64,000 bases of DNA from assembly GCA_963666985.2 (NCBI GenBank), contig CAXXIA010000001.1, positions 480,001 through 544,000 of the forward strand, given 5' to 3'. The translations under genes and the position numbers were made by a program. The notes below the pieces were generated by a model that searched no databases, was not told the origin of the DNA, and saw only the letters and a program-made list of their open reading frames with translations. Below are positions 27,702 to 36,943 of this stretch, piece by piece. Position 1 is the stretch's first letter; each line of letters starts with the position of its first letter. The stretch comes from Spirochaetia bacterium (GTDB lineage Bacteria; Spirochaetota; Spirochaetia; DSM-2461).

Positions 27702-28625
27702 TCAGATTTTCTTATTTTCCCCGTCGAATTGGTTCTTAACGCGGTAGTCCACGGGATTGTTGTAGACCGTTGAAAAAGGCGGAACGGAATTGGTAATCCA
27801 CACATTCCCGCCGATTATGGAACCCCTGCCGATAACGGTTTTCCCGCCGAGAATGGTGGCTCCGGCATAGATGGTAACATCATCTTCTATGGTCGGATGC
27901 CGCTTTTCGTCCGCTTGTTCTTTTACCACGCTCAGCGCTCCGATGGTGACTCCCTGGTAGAGCTTAACGTTGCGTCCGATAACCGCCGTTTCCCCGATAA
28001 CAACCCCGGTCGCATGATCGATGAAAAAAGCCTCGCCGATACTCGCGCCGGGGTGAATATCGATACCCGTTATCTTATGGATATGTTCGCTCATCATTCG
28101 CGGGATGAGCGGTACGCCGCGGAGATACAGTTCGTGGGCGATGCGATGGCAGGCGATGGCCAAAAGGCCGGGGTAGGAAAGGATGACTTCATCACGGCTT
28201 TTGGCCGCCGGATCGCCGGCGAAGGCGGCATCCACATCGTCCATGGCCCGGCGGCGCAGTTCGGGAATGCATTCCAGAAGATCCAAGGCAATGGATTCGG
28301 CCTCTTCACGGCAGGAACCGCTTTCGGCTTCACAGCCCTTTATACGGGTGCCGTATTCCAGACTCTTGGCGATTTCAACGGTTAAATCCCTAACCAAACG
28401 GCGGGTTTTGGCGCCGATTGTGAAGGCGATTAAATCATCGTCGAGCTGTTCTTCCGATTGGAATCCGGGGAAAATCAGCGATTCCAATGTTTCCAGAATG
28501 TCGATAACGCCTTTTCTTGAAGGCAGATTCGGACCTCTGAGATGATTGATTCCTCCAAGTTCGTCATAGGAGGCGATCACGGCATCACCGATTTTCGCGA
28601 TACGCGTTTCCAGACTTTCACTCAT
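27702..28625 (-). CDS. cysE: Serine O-acetyltransferase
   Basis: GDPAA, YPG, GIDIHPGA, FIDHATGVVIGETA, YQGVTIGA and KRHPTIED. Confidence 0.93.
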   Translation of the reverse strand: MSESLETRIAKIGDAVIASYDELGGINHLRGPNLPSRKGVIDILETLESLIFPGFQSEEQLDDDLIAFTIGAKTRRLVRDLTVEIAKSLEYGTRIKGCEAESGSCREEAESIALDLLECIPELRRRAMDDVDAAFAGDPAAKSRDEVILSYPGLLAIACHRIAHELYLRGVPLIPRMMSEHIHKITGIDIHPGASIGEAFFIDHATGVVIGETAVIGRNVKLYQGVTIGALSVVKEQADEKRHPTIEDDVTIYAGATILGGKTVIGRGSIIGGNVWITNSVPPFSTVYNNPVDYRVKNQFDGENKKI

Positions 28626-28740
28626 GCTTACAAATTAACCCGGAAATCTTATGTGTTGAATAGGTTCGATGAGCAAACCCGTTGAGATTGCATGCGAAAC
28701 GACCTGTTCCCTGCGGCGTTAATCCCGAGTATGTTTAAGC

Positions 28741-29892
28741 ATGAACTTTTCACGCCCGTCGGCCCATGGCAATTCCGAATCGAGGCCTCCGGCTTTTCGG
28801 TCGGCCGGGCCTCCCGTTATCGTTGAGAGCGGAACCGGCATGTTCTGCCGGCCTGATTGTGCGCAGCTCTCCGAAAAAGACTGCGGGCGAAAAGCCTTCA
28901 GTTCAGCCAAAGAGGCCCTGGAATGGGGCTTCAATCCCTGTCCCGACTGCAGGCCCATGGATGCCGCCGCGGTTTCAGGCGCCGCCGAGTCCGCGTACGG
29001 AACGGACGGTGAGGACGGTGAATATTCCGATGCGGCGGATCGCACCGGCACCGCCGTGAATCCTCACTCGGCCCTTATCGCGCTTATGGACGATATCGCA
29101 TCGGATCCGCTGTTTCGAATTGGAAAGAGCGGTCTGCGGGAACGGGGAATTATGCCGGATTACATCGATCGTCTTTACGGCGATGCGTTCGGAGTGGATT
29201 TCCAGGGTTTTTTGCGCATGAGGCGGCTGAATACGCGATTCGGAGCCGTTCTCTATTCGCCTGAAAACGGCTCCGAAAGCGACGGATTGAGCCGGAGCCG
29301 CTATGGCGATGGAAATACGGGAGCATCCTTTCTCTCGACTCGCGGCTCTGCTGATTCGGACGCCGCCGATGCCGATTTCAGAACCGTGAATCGGCTGAAA
29401 ACGCCTCTGGGTCCCGTTATGGTCGCGGCATCATCCAAAGGAATCTGCATGCTCGAATTTGCCGAAAGGCGAACGATGGAAAAACGGATAGAGGCGATGG
29501 AAAAGGAATCCGGGGTGAGCTTCAAAACGGGGATAAGTCCTTTCTTCGCTCCATTGGCGGAAGAACTCAATGCCTACTTCAAGCGGGAATTAAAAGAATT
29601 TTCCGTGCCTCTCGATATCGGAGGAACGGATTTTCAAGTCGGAGTCTGGGAGGAATTGAGGCGCATTCGGTGGGGGGAGACGAGAACCTATGCCCGGCAG
29701 GCCGAGGCCTTGGGAAATCCAAAGGCCGTCCGAGCAATCGCCCGAGCCGACGGTGAGAATCCCATCGGTATTCTTATTCCCTGTCACAGGGTTATCGGGT
29801 CGGACGGTTCCTTGACCGGTTTCAGCGGCGGCCTTTGGCGCAAGGAGTTTCTGCTGCGATTGGAATCGGATCAGGGAGATCTTTTCGAATGA
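28741..29892 (+). CDS. ada: Ada-like protein: Zn-binding N-domain, degenerate AraC HTH and O6-methylguanine-DNA methyltransferase
   Basis: TGMFCRPDC..GFNPCPDCRP; GTDFQVGVWEEL, AVRAIA and IPCHRVIG active site. Confidence 0.85.
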   Translation: MNFSRPSAHGNSESRPPAFRSAGPPVIVESGTGMFCRPDCAQLSEKDCGRKAFSSAKEALEWGFNPCPDCRPMDAAAVSGAAESAYGTDGEDGEYSDAADRTGTAVNPHSALIALMDDIASDPLFRIGKSGLRERGIMPDYIDRLYGDAFGVDFQGFLRMRRLNTRFGAVLYSPENGSESDGLSRSRYGDGNTGASFLSTRGSADSDAADADFRTVNRLKTPLGPVMVAASSKGICMLEFAERRTMEKRIEAMEKESGVSFKTGISPFFAPLAEELNAYFKRELKEFSVPLDIGGTDFQVGVWEELRRIRWGETRTYARQAEALGNPKAVRAIARADGENPIGILIPCHRVIGSDGSLTGFSGGLWRKEFLLRLESDQGDLFE

Positions 29893-31004
29893 GAAGAATG
29901 AATCGAAGCGCCGGGAACCAGCGCGGTGCGGATAAGAGCGCCGGAGAACACGGAGGGAACATATACGGCGGAAAAAATCGCGGCGGCAAATCGGGTGAAG
30001 TTGTTCTTGCGTTCACCGAGGATGAACTGCGCGCGATTCAATCCGATCCCCGGCCGCCTTTTCGGATTACCGCTCACTGGCTTTCGCTTCTCGACGGCAC
30101 CCCGGAAGATCCGCTGCGCCGTCAGGCTCTGCCTTCGACGTTCGAAGAGAGGAACATGCCCGGAGAGCGGCCCGATCCTTTGGGCGAGGGTGATTATTCT
30201 CCACTGCCCCGCCTTATCCGTCGCTACGCAGACAGAGTGTTGGTTGTAACGACGGGCCGATGCGCGCTTTATTGCCGCCATTGTTTCCGGCGACGGCTTT
30301 CCGGAGATGATTCGGGAGATATAAGCGGAAAAGAGGCGGCGGACATCGCTTCCTGGCTTTCCGGGCATCGGGAAGTCAAAGAGCTTCTGCTTTCCGGCGG
30401 AGATCCGCTGATGCTCGGTGAGAGAAGATTATTGGATCTTATCGATACGTTCAGAGAGGCGCGGCCGGATATCGTTATCCGGCTGGGAACGCGGATACCC
30501 GTGGTGGAGCCGTCTCGGATTACGCGGAATACGGCCGCGGCGCTCGGCAGGCGAAGACCTCTCTGGGTTGTTATTCAGGCGAATCATCCGCGGGAGCTGG
30601 ACCCGGAATGTCTGAAGGCTCTGGACCGCCTGCAGCGGCGGGGTTTGCCGGTGGTGAATCAGGCTGTGCTGCTTCGCGGCGTGAACGATGATGTGAATGT
30701 TCTGGAGGAACTTTCCCGGAAACTGGTCGCGGCCGGAGTGAAGCCGTATTATTTGTTTCAGGGTGATGCGGCCGAGGGGACCGGGCATTTCAGGCTGCCC
30801 CTGGAAGAGGCGCGGAATCTGGCGGACAATCTTCGTTCTCGGCTCAGCGGCCTTGCCATGCCCTCGTTTGCCGTTGATATTCCGGGAGGCGGAGGTAAGG
30901 TCCCTCTGGCGCCCGATTATGTTTTGGGACGGGAAGAGGCCGGCTGGCGTCTTCGCACGCCCGACGGAACCGAGGGGATTTATCCCGATCCTCCGGAAGA
31001 ATGA
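29889..31004 (+). CDS. KamA-family radical SAM protein (lysine 2,3-aminomutase / EpmB-like)
   Basis: CALYCRHCFRR, LSGGDPL, NHPREL, NQAVLLRGVND, PYYLFQ and PGGGGKVP (PLP lysine). ATG 29889 overlaps the ada stop. Confidence 0.92.
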   Translation: MRRMNRSAGNQRGADKSAGEHGGNIYGGKNRGGKSGEVVLAFTEDELRAIQSDPRPPFRITAHWLSLLDGTPEDPLRRQALPSTFEERNMPGERPDPLGEGDYSPLPRLIRRYADRVLVVTTGRCALYCRHCFRRRLSGDDSGDISGKEAADIASWLSGHREVKELLLSGGDPLMLGERRLLDLIDTFREARPDIVIRLGTRIPVVEPSRITRNTAAALGRRRPLWVVIQANHPRELDPECLKALDRLQRRGLPVVNQAVLLRGVNDDVNVLEELSRKLVAAGVKPYYLFQGDAAEGTGHFRLPLEEARNLADNLRSRLSGLAMPSFAVDIPGGGGKVPLAPDYVLGREEAGWRLRTPDGTEGIYPDPPEE

Positions 31005-31639
31005 GGACTGAAATGGAAAAAGATCATGGAAAACATCATGCGGATGCACCGCATTTGCTTTGGGAAACTATGGGAGAGGAAATTCTTTACGACGCGAAGA
31101 TTTTCCGGCTTCGTTCGGTGCTCAGGAAATCTTCCGACGGTCGGATTGCGCCGTTTGTTTCTTTGGACACGCCCAACTGGGTAACCGTTATCCCCGAGCT
31201 TTCGGGATCCGTCGGGCCTGCCGCCGCAACAGCCGCCGCTCCAACAGCCGCCGCTCCGCGCTTTCTCATGGTTCGGCAGTTCCGTCACGGATCGGAACAA
31301 ATCGGTCTGGAATTCCCCGCCGGAATCATCGATGAGGGCGAAACACCCCGAGAGGCCGCGGCGCGGGAGCTGTTGGAGGAAACAGGGTATAAAGCGGGCG
31401 AACTCACGGAAATAGGCGCGGTGAATCCCAATCCGGCCTTCATGAACAATACAAGCTATACCTACCTGGCGAGAAATCTTGAGAAAGTCTCCGGTCAGGA
31501 ATTGGATGAAAACGAGATTCTGGATTTTCACGCAGTTGATGTGGAAGAAATCCGCCGTGATATCGGAACCGGCGTTTATGCCAGTGCCATTACGGTTCAG
31601 GCCTGGTATTTCTATTTAAAGGCGGTCGGCTGTGTCTGA
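31001..31639 (+). CDS. NUDIX hydrolase (ADP-ribose pyrophosphatase-like)
   Basis: VRQFRHG, EFPAG..GETPREAAARELLEETG Nudix box and NPA. Confidence 0.92.
   Translation: MRTEMEKDHGKHHADAPHLLWETMGEEILYDAKIFRLRSVLRKSSDGRIAPFVSLDTPNWVTVIPELSGSVGPAAATAAAPTAAAPRFLMVRQFRHGSEQIGLEFPAGIIDEGETPREAAARELLEETGYKAGELTEIGAVNPNPAFMNNTSYTYLARNLEKVSGQELDENEILDFHAVDVEEIRRDIGTGVYASAITVQAWYFYLKAVGCV
31220..31258 (+). repeat. In-frame short tandem repeat in the NUDIX gene
   Basis: GCCGCCGCAACA / GCCGCCGCTCCAACA / GCCGCCGCTCCG encoding AAAT-AAAPT-AAAP. Confidence 0.8.
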
Positions 31640-32060
31640 TAAAATGACCATGCGGCACAGAATCATGTCCGTCGAGCGTGAGATTCGCATTAAAGCCTAT
31701 GAGATTGACGCCATGGGCGTGGTCAGCAACATTGTTTATGTGAAGTGGTTCGAGGACATGCGTCATGATTTCCTGGACGCTTATTATCCGTACGATGAAA
31801 TGATGAAACTCAATTTTTCTCCGATACTGATGAATACCGACATTCATTATCGTATTCCGCTGACCATCCATGACAAGCCCCGAGGCTTCTGCTGGGTGAG
31901 GAAGATGGGACGCGTGAAATGGGAATTTGAATTCGAGATCGGTTCGGATAAAGGAATCCATTGCACCGGTACGCAGATCGGCGGATTCTACGATATTGAT
32001 GCGGGAAGGCCCGTCCCGATTCCCGAGAGACTTCAAGAGATTTATCGGGAAGAGGGCTGA
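31632..32060 (+). CDS. Acyl-CoA thioesterase (YbgC/4HBT hotdog family)
   Basis: YEIDAMGVVSNIVYVKWFEDMR and RPVPIP. Confidence 0.88.
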   Translation: MSDKMTMRHRIMSVEREIRIKAYEIDAMGVVSNIVYVKWFEDMRHDFLDAYYPYDEMMKLNFSPILMNTDIHYRIPLTIHDKPRGFCWVRKMGRVKWEFEFEIGSDKGIHCTGTQIGGFYDIDAGRPVPIPERLQEIYREEG

Positions 32061-32196
32061 AGAACTCCCCTAAAAGGTGCCTTGAATCATTGTATACATC
32101 TTAGAAGCCGGCGGAACGACCGGTTTTAGAACTCCATTCGTGAGTACGCGGATGATGTCCGCCGGTCTCGTCCTATCTCCATGAAGCGCATGATGT

Positions 32197-32267
32197 ATTG
32201 GACCGGAAAAAAAGAGTCCGATTGGCCCTGTGGCCGCTTATGAATTAAGCTTATCTTATGGGCCAAT
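32197..32267. promoter_or_regulatory. Putative MocR-family operator (two direct boxes plus one inverted box)
   Basis: ATTGGACC 32197, ATTGGCCC 32221 and GGGCCAAT 32260. Confidence 0.55.
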
Positions 32268-32280
32268 AGGAGGCCGTACC

Positions 32281-32388
32281 ATGTGGTTAAGGCGAAAAAG
32301 CGATAAGCCCAAGGATGTATTCCCATTCGTTATTGAAGAGCCCGAAGAATGGAAGTTTTGGATGATTCTTTGGATGATGAGAATCTGA
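32281..32388 (+). CDS. Small ORF (35 aa), absent from the ORF track
   Basis: AGGAGG-7nt-ATG; MWLRRKSDKPKDVFPFVIEEPEEWKFWMILWMMRI; its TGA overlaps the MocR ATG (TGATG). Confidence 0.5.
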   Translation: MWLRRKSDKPKDVFPFVIEEPEEWKFWMILWMMRI

Positions 32389-33833
32389 TGAATGCGAACG
32401 GCCTCGTGTTGGATAGAAATTCGTCTCAGCCTCTTTTTCTGCAGCTGACCGTCGCGCTTCGGAAGGCCGTTACGGGAGAATTGTATTCACCGGGTGATCG
32501 TTTGCCCCCGAGTCGTCTTATGGCTTTGAACCTCGGTGTTTCGAGGAACCTTGTTACGGCGGTATACGATCAGCTGGCCGCCGAGGGCTATCTCAGCGGT
32601 AAGGTCGGCCGGGGGACTTTTGTTACTCCGGAGGCCGGCCGGGTGAAACAGAGACCGGTTACCTTTGGAAAAAATCCGCGCGGGCGAAGCGGAGGTTCTC
32701 CCGTCGAGTACGATTTTACTCCGGGGAGACCGGATCTTTCGGCAATCCCCATCGACCGATGGTCCGAATCTCTGAAGGATGCGGTTCGCAATGGAGCCGT
32801 TTCGGAGAGAGGCTACGGACCGGCGGAGGGGAGTGATCGGCTTCGGCGGGCCATTTCGGCCCTGCTCTTTCGAGTGCGGGGACTTGAAGTCTCGGCCGAT
32901 GACATTCTCATTACAGCGGGGACGGCTCAGAGTCTTTTACTCCTCGCGTTATCCGTGGAACGGGGAACCTTTTACTGTGAAAATCCGTGTATCCCTTATG
33001 CCCGGGAAGCGTTTAAAGCCGTTTCTCATCGCATCAAACACCTTGATGCGGATACAAAGGGGGCTCTGACGCCGAACCGGAACGCCGGAGGAGTCTGTTA
33101 TCTCAATCCTAGTCATCAGTTTCCGCGCGGAACCCGCATGAGTCTTGAACGACGGCTTGAATTCATTGATTGGGCGAAAGAGAGCGATTCGATGATTATC
33201 GAGGATGATTATGATTCGGAATTTCGCTATGAAGGTTTACCGATTCCTCCCATGGCGGGAATCGGCGGTTCCCGCATTGTGTATTTGGGGACTTTCAGTA
33301 AATGTCTTTTCCCGTCTCTTCGCATCGGCTACCTGGTTGCGACCGGGAAGTCGGGTGAAACGATTCGCGCGAAAAAAGATGCTTTTCTGATGCGTGTTCC
33401 CGGTGATATACAGCGTGCTTTGGCATTGTTTATGGAACGCGGCTATTTGGATGCGCATATCAAATCCATGAAGACGATTTATCGGAACCGGGCCGATAAA
33501 ATCCGTGATGAATTAAACCGTCATCTGGGAGGAGGATGGAGCGCCGACGGAACCGAAGGAGGATTTCATTGGTCGGTAACGTTCGATGAAGTTCGATTCG
33601 GCCTTGAGTTTTTCGAATCCTGTTCCCGAGCGGGTTTGGCGATAAAGGGTGAGGGACATTATCGGACCGAGGCCGATGTGAGTACCGATCGGCTTGTTCT
33701 TGGATTCGGGAATCTTCGTGATGAAAAAATAGAAGCGGGTATCGGCACTCTGTGCCGTCTTGTCGAAGATTGCCGGAAGCGGAGTTTCGGCCGAGCCCCG
33801 GTTAAGCCGGAACATGAACAGCGGAATGCTTGA
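32388..33833 (+). CDS. MocR/GabR-family regulator (GntR HTH plus PLP aminotransferase-like domain)
   Basis: PGDRLPPSR..LGVSRNLV..YDQLAAEGY, PSHQFP, IIEDDYDSEFRY and GTFSKCLFPSLRIG. Start 32388 preferred over 32349. Confidence 0.93.
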   Translation: MNANGLVLDRNSSQPLFLQLTVALRKAVTGELYSPGDRLPPSRLMALNLGVSRNLVTAVYDQLAAEGYLSGKVGRGTFVTPEAGRVKQRPVTFGKNPRGRSGGSPVEYDFTPGRPDLSAIPIDRWSESLKDAVRNGAVSERGYGPAEGSDRLRRAISALLFRVRGLEVSADDILITAGTAQSLLLLALSVERGTFYCENPCIPYAREAFKAVSHRIKHLDADTKGALTPNRNAGGVCYLNPSHQFPRGTRMSLERRLEFIDWAKESDSMIIEDDYDSEFRYEGLPIPPMAGIGGSRIVYLGTFSKCLFPSLRIGYLVATGKSGETIRAKKDAFLMRVPGDIQRALALFMERGYLDAHIKSMKTIYRNRADKIRDELNRHLGGGWSADGTEGGFHWSVTFDEVRFGLEFFESCSRAGLAIKGEGHYRTEADVSTDRLVLGFGNLRDEKIEAGIGTLCRLVEDCRKRSFGRAPVKPEHEQRNA

Positions 33834-33877
33834 GGGATGAGCGCGAGAAGTACGCTCTTCAAGGCCGCGCCGTTTGT

Positions 33878-34555
33878 TCAGCGGGATGATTTTGCCAGGA
33901 TTTCTTCAACGGCTTTCCTGGTGATCATTCCTCCGTGAGCCAAATGGAAGTTTTGAACGCCTGCATCCAAAAGTTTCCGAAGGCTCGCTTTAAGATCATC
34001 GACATTATTTGAGAGAAGAGACAGGGCGGGTTTCAGCGGTGGGAATTTCATGATTAAATCGCCGATGATTGCCTCTTTTTCGTCGGTAATGACCGACAGG
34101 GATCCTGAGGTGTGTCCCGGAGTGGGAAGAATCTTTGCCGCGACACCGTAGGCGGCAAGGTCCGTTTCTTCGGTTACGGTGATATCGGCTTTGATGGGAC
34201 GACGGTTCTTTTCCGTGTTTTTCGGAGCGAATCGAGTCATGACGCGCGCCGGCACCGTTCTTGGAATAATCTCTTCCCCCCAGCCTTCTTCCAGGGCCGC
34301 GGCTGCGTTCTTATGGCAGAGAACCGGAGCGCCCGTAAGTACCCGAAGGGCGGAAAGCGAACCGACGTGGTCCCAGTGCCCGTGAGTCAGAACGATGAGA
34401 GAGACTTCGGAGGGTTTAATGCCGATATCGTTCAGCGCTTTTTCCATTGTGAAGCTATTCCCTTTAGGGCCGCAATCAACGAGAATGGTGCTCCGTCCGA
34501 CAAGAGCGAAGGCCTTTGCGAAACCTCCGATGAATGTTTGAATGTTTTGAGACAT
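33878..34555 (-). CDS. Metallo-beta-lactamase-fold hydrolase
   Basis: LTHGHWDHVG, TPGHTSGS, GD and AHG. Confidence 0.9.
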   Translation of the reverse strand: MSQNIQTFIGGFAKAFALVGRSTILVDCGPKGNSFTMEKALNDIGIKPSEVSLIVLTHGHWDHVGSLSALRVLTGAPVLCHKNAAAALEEGWGEEIIPRTVPARVMTRFAPKNTEKNRRPIKADITVTEETDLAAYGVAAKILPTPGHTSGSLSVITDEKEAIIGDLIMKFPPLKPALSLLSNNVDDLKASLRKLLDAGVQNFHLAHGGMITRKAVEEILAKSSR

Positions 34556-34620
34556 AGTTCTCCTTCCGTAATTGATTGTATATAAAACAAGAGTTCATGC
34601 GGGAGTCTTTTTGTTAAAAA

Positions 34621-34642
34621 GAAAACAGAATAGCCTGTTTTC
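34621..34642. promoter_or_regulatory. Palindromic operator-like site between the divergent MBL and MATE genes
   Basis: GAAAACAG-N6-CTGTTTTC, 3 nt before the MATE ATG. Confidence 0.5.
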
Positions 34643-34645
34643 AGG

Positions 34646-36037
34646 ATGCAATTTATGAAAGAGAAGAAAACCCTTTGGAAAATAGCATTGCCTCTTTTGA
34701 TGAACATGCTGATTTCTCAAGTGCAGCTTATTATCGACCGCTCCTTTCTCGGAAAATTGGATGTTGATTACATGAGCGCTTTGGGAAATGTCACGGCGCC
34801 GTTCTGGACGACGATGTCGGTTATTTGGGCGCTCACCACAGGTGCCACGGTTTTAATGAGTCAGGCAATCGGCGCAGGACGGGAAGAAAGTGTTGAAGGT
34901 TTGGGACACTGTGTTTTGAAATTCAACAGCATTATTTCCTTTTTCGTCATGGTGATGTGGCTTTTTCTGGGGAAAAAGATTTTTCAAGCCATGGGTGTAA
35001 CCGGAGTCGTTCTTGATTATGCCGTGGCTTATCTCATGCTGATGCTGCCCATGGTGCTTCTGACCGGACCTCTTTCCGGCGGAGTCGCCATACTCCAGGC
35101 TTATGGAACGACGCATCCGGTGATGATCTCCGGAATTGTCCGCTCAGGATTGAACATTATTCTTGATTGGATTCTTATCTTCGGGCATTTGGGAATGCCG
35201 AAGATGGGAATCCAGGGAGCGGCGCTGGCAACGACCATAGCGGAAATTATCGGTACGATTGTTTTATTCGCCATGATTTTAAAGCCGGGAGTCATCCCGT
35301 TTCGAATAACGTGGAAAAAAACCCTGAAAGCACCGCTCAGTCTTTACGGAAAGGTTTCCGGAAAGGGGATGCCTTCGGCCGGAGAAGAACTTCTCTGGAA
35401 TATGGGGAATATCGGTCTTATAAGGCTGCTGAACACCATCAGCATGACGGCGGCGGGAATCTATACAATGATATTCAGTATAGAGATTCTTCCGGCTCTG
35501 CTGTTTTCGGCCATAGGTCAGGGGGTTCTCACTTTGGCCGGTCATCGTACCGGTGAGGGGGATGTGAAGGGTGCGATCCGGATCGGTCTCCGCGGACTTC
35601 GCGACAGCGTGATCATCGCCGTGGCCGTATTTCTCGTTTTTCTATTCTTTCCCCGTTTCCTTTTGGGGATTTTCACGACGGACCCAATTGTCATTGATCA
35701 ATCGGTTCCTCTTTTGCTTGTTGCGGGCGCCATGTTTTTTCCCCGATCGGCCAATATTGTGATGGGGCACGGAATCCGGGGCTACGGCGATACGAAATGG
35801 ATGATGATGACGCAAATCTTCGGTACGGTTTACATCATCAGCTGCGGAGCGTTTCTGCTTTTTGTTCTTGATTTGGGAATTATGAGTGTGTACCTGGCTT
35901 TGATTTCCGATGAAACCCTCAGGGCGATTATCAACGCTTTCCGGTTTTTTAAAGGACCCCGGATCGGTGTCGATTTTCCTCAGCCCGAACCGGAAGAGGT
36001 GCCGGTGATTCCTCCGGATCTTCCGCCGATTTTGTAG
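34646..36037 (+). CDS. MATE-family efflux transporter
   Basis: SQAIGAG, LNIILDWILIFGHLGMPKMGIQGAALAT and RGYGDTK. Confidence 0.93.
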   Translation: MQFMKEKKTLWKIALPLLMNMLISQVQLIIDRSFLGKLDVDYMSALGNVTAPFWTTMSVIWALTTGATVLMSQAIGAGREESVEGLGHCVLKFNSIISFFVMVMWLFLGKKIFQAMGVTGVVLDYAVAYLMLMLPMVLLTGPLSGGVAILQAYGTTHPVMISGIVRSGLNIILDWILIFGHLGMPKMGIQGAALATTIAEIIGTIVLFAMILKPGVIPFRITWKKTLKAPLSLYGKVSGKGMPSAGEELLWNMGNIGLIRLLNTISMTAAGIYTMIFSIEILPALLFSAIGQGVLTLAGHRTGEGDVKGAIRIGLRGLRDSVIIAVAVFLVFLFFPRFLLGIFTTDPIVIDQSVPLLLVAGAMFFPRSANIVMGHGIRGYGDTKWMMMTQIFGTVYIISCGAFLLFVLDLGIMSVYLALISDETLRAIINAFRFFKGPRIGVDFPQPEPEEVPVIPPDLPPIL

Positions 36038-36074
36038 AGCATATGAAGTCGGCCGAAAAGCCGGATTCGCCGCA

Positions 36075-36167
36075 GCCTTATAAAGAGCGGCCGCAAGCCG
36101 AGAAGAACCAAAAGAATCGATTGAGAGCAAGATCGTTCGGTTCCTCTGGGCTTCGGGCCGATAAGGC
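36075..36167. other. 93-nt imperfect intergenic hairpin
   Basis: Nested complementary pairs GCCTTAT/ATAAGGC, CGGCC/GGCCG, AAGCC/GGCTT, GAACC/GGTTC and CGAT/ATCG. Confidence 0.6.
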
Positions 36168-36271
36168 AGGCCCCGATGATCTTTTAAAATCCGGATAAGG
36201 CAATATCCGTCGAGACTTCCATCATCGTCCGCATCAGAATCCAGATGTAACTGAAGATATGGAGGAATCGG

Positions 36272-36742
36272 ATGGCTCGTGAATGGAAAAGGGAATTGGT
36301 CTCCATCGGGACGGTCGTGAAAGACGGTGAGGTTCGGAAGATCGTACTTGATAAGGGGTACGGTCCGGGTTTGAAGGAATTAAGCGGTTTCAGTCACATT
36401 TTCGTTTTATGGTGGGCCGACCGCTATGAGGAACATCGATTTAAGGTCGAGATGCTCATGGATCTGCCGTATGCTTCCGGAGTCAGCGGCGGACTTTTTG
36501 CTACCAGATCGCCGGTTCGCCCCAATCCCATCGGTGTAAACACGGCGAAAATCCGGTCGGTGGATATCGAACGGGGCGAAATCAGGGTTGATGAAATCGA
36601 TGCTTTTAACGGTACAAAGGTTTTGGATATCAAGCCATACTATGGATGCATCGATAGGGTGGAAGATTATCATCAGCCCGAATGGGTTCCGGAGGATTGG
36701 GGAGAGTGGTATGTTCCCATTCCGGAAATGACTTACGAGTAG
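36272..36742 (+). CDS. TrmO/TsaA(YaeB)-like SAM-binding protein
   Basis: LSGFSHIFVLWW, GLFATRSPVRPNPIG and IDAFNGTKVLDIKPY. Confidence 0.88.
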   Translation: MAREWKRELVSIGTVVKDGEVRKIVLDKGYGPGLKELSGFSHIFVLWWADRYEEHRFKVEMLMDLPYASGVSGGLFATRSPVRPNPIGVNTAKIRSVDIERGEIRVDEIDAFNGTKVLDIKPYYGCIDRVEDYHQPEWVPEDWGEWYVPIPEMTYE

Positions 36743-36928
36743 GAGTCTCTCTAAAAATGCGCCTTTGGTTCGAACACAGGGTCGTAGCGGAGCGAAGAGA
36801 GGAAGACTCCCGGCAATACTCTGTTCGGCGGTGCTCGAAATGCTTATGGAACGCAGCGGCACTCCGCTTTTCGCGCTCCTGCGGTCTTGTATTCGGACCC
36901 AATTCGCTCTTTTCTTAAAAAGAGACTC
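36743..36928. mobile_element. 186-bp MITE-like element
   Basis: Terminal inverted repeat GAGTCTCT/AGAGACTC, extended imperfect subterminal inverted repeat, AG on both flanks; no coding capacity. Confidence 0.7.
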
Positions 36929-36943
36929 AGGTAGGCGGATTTT

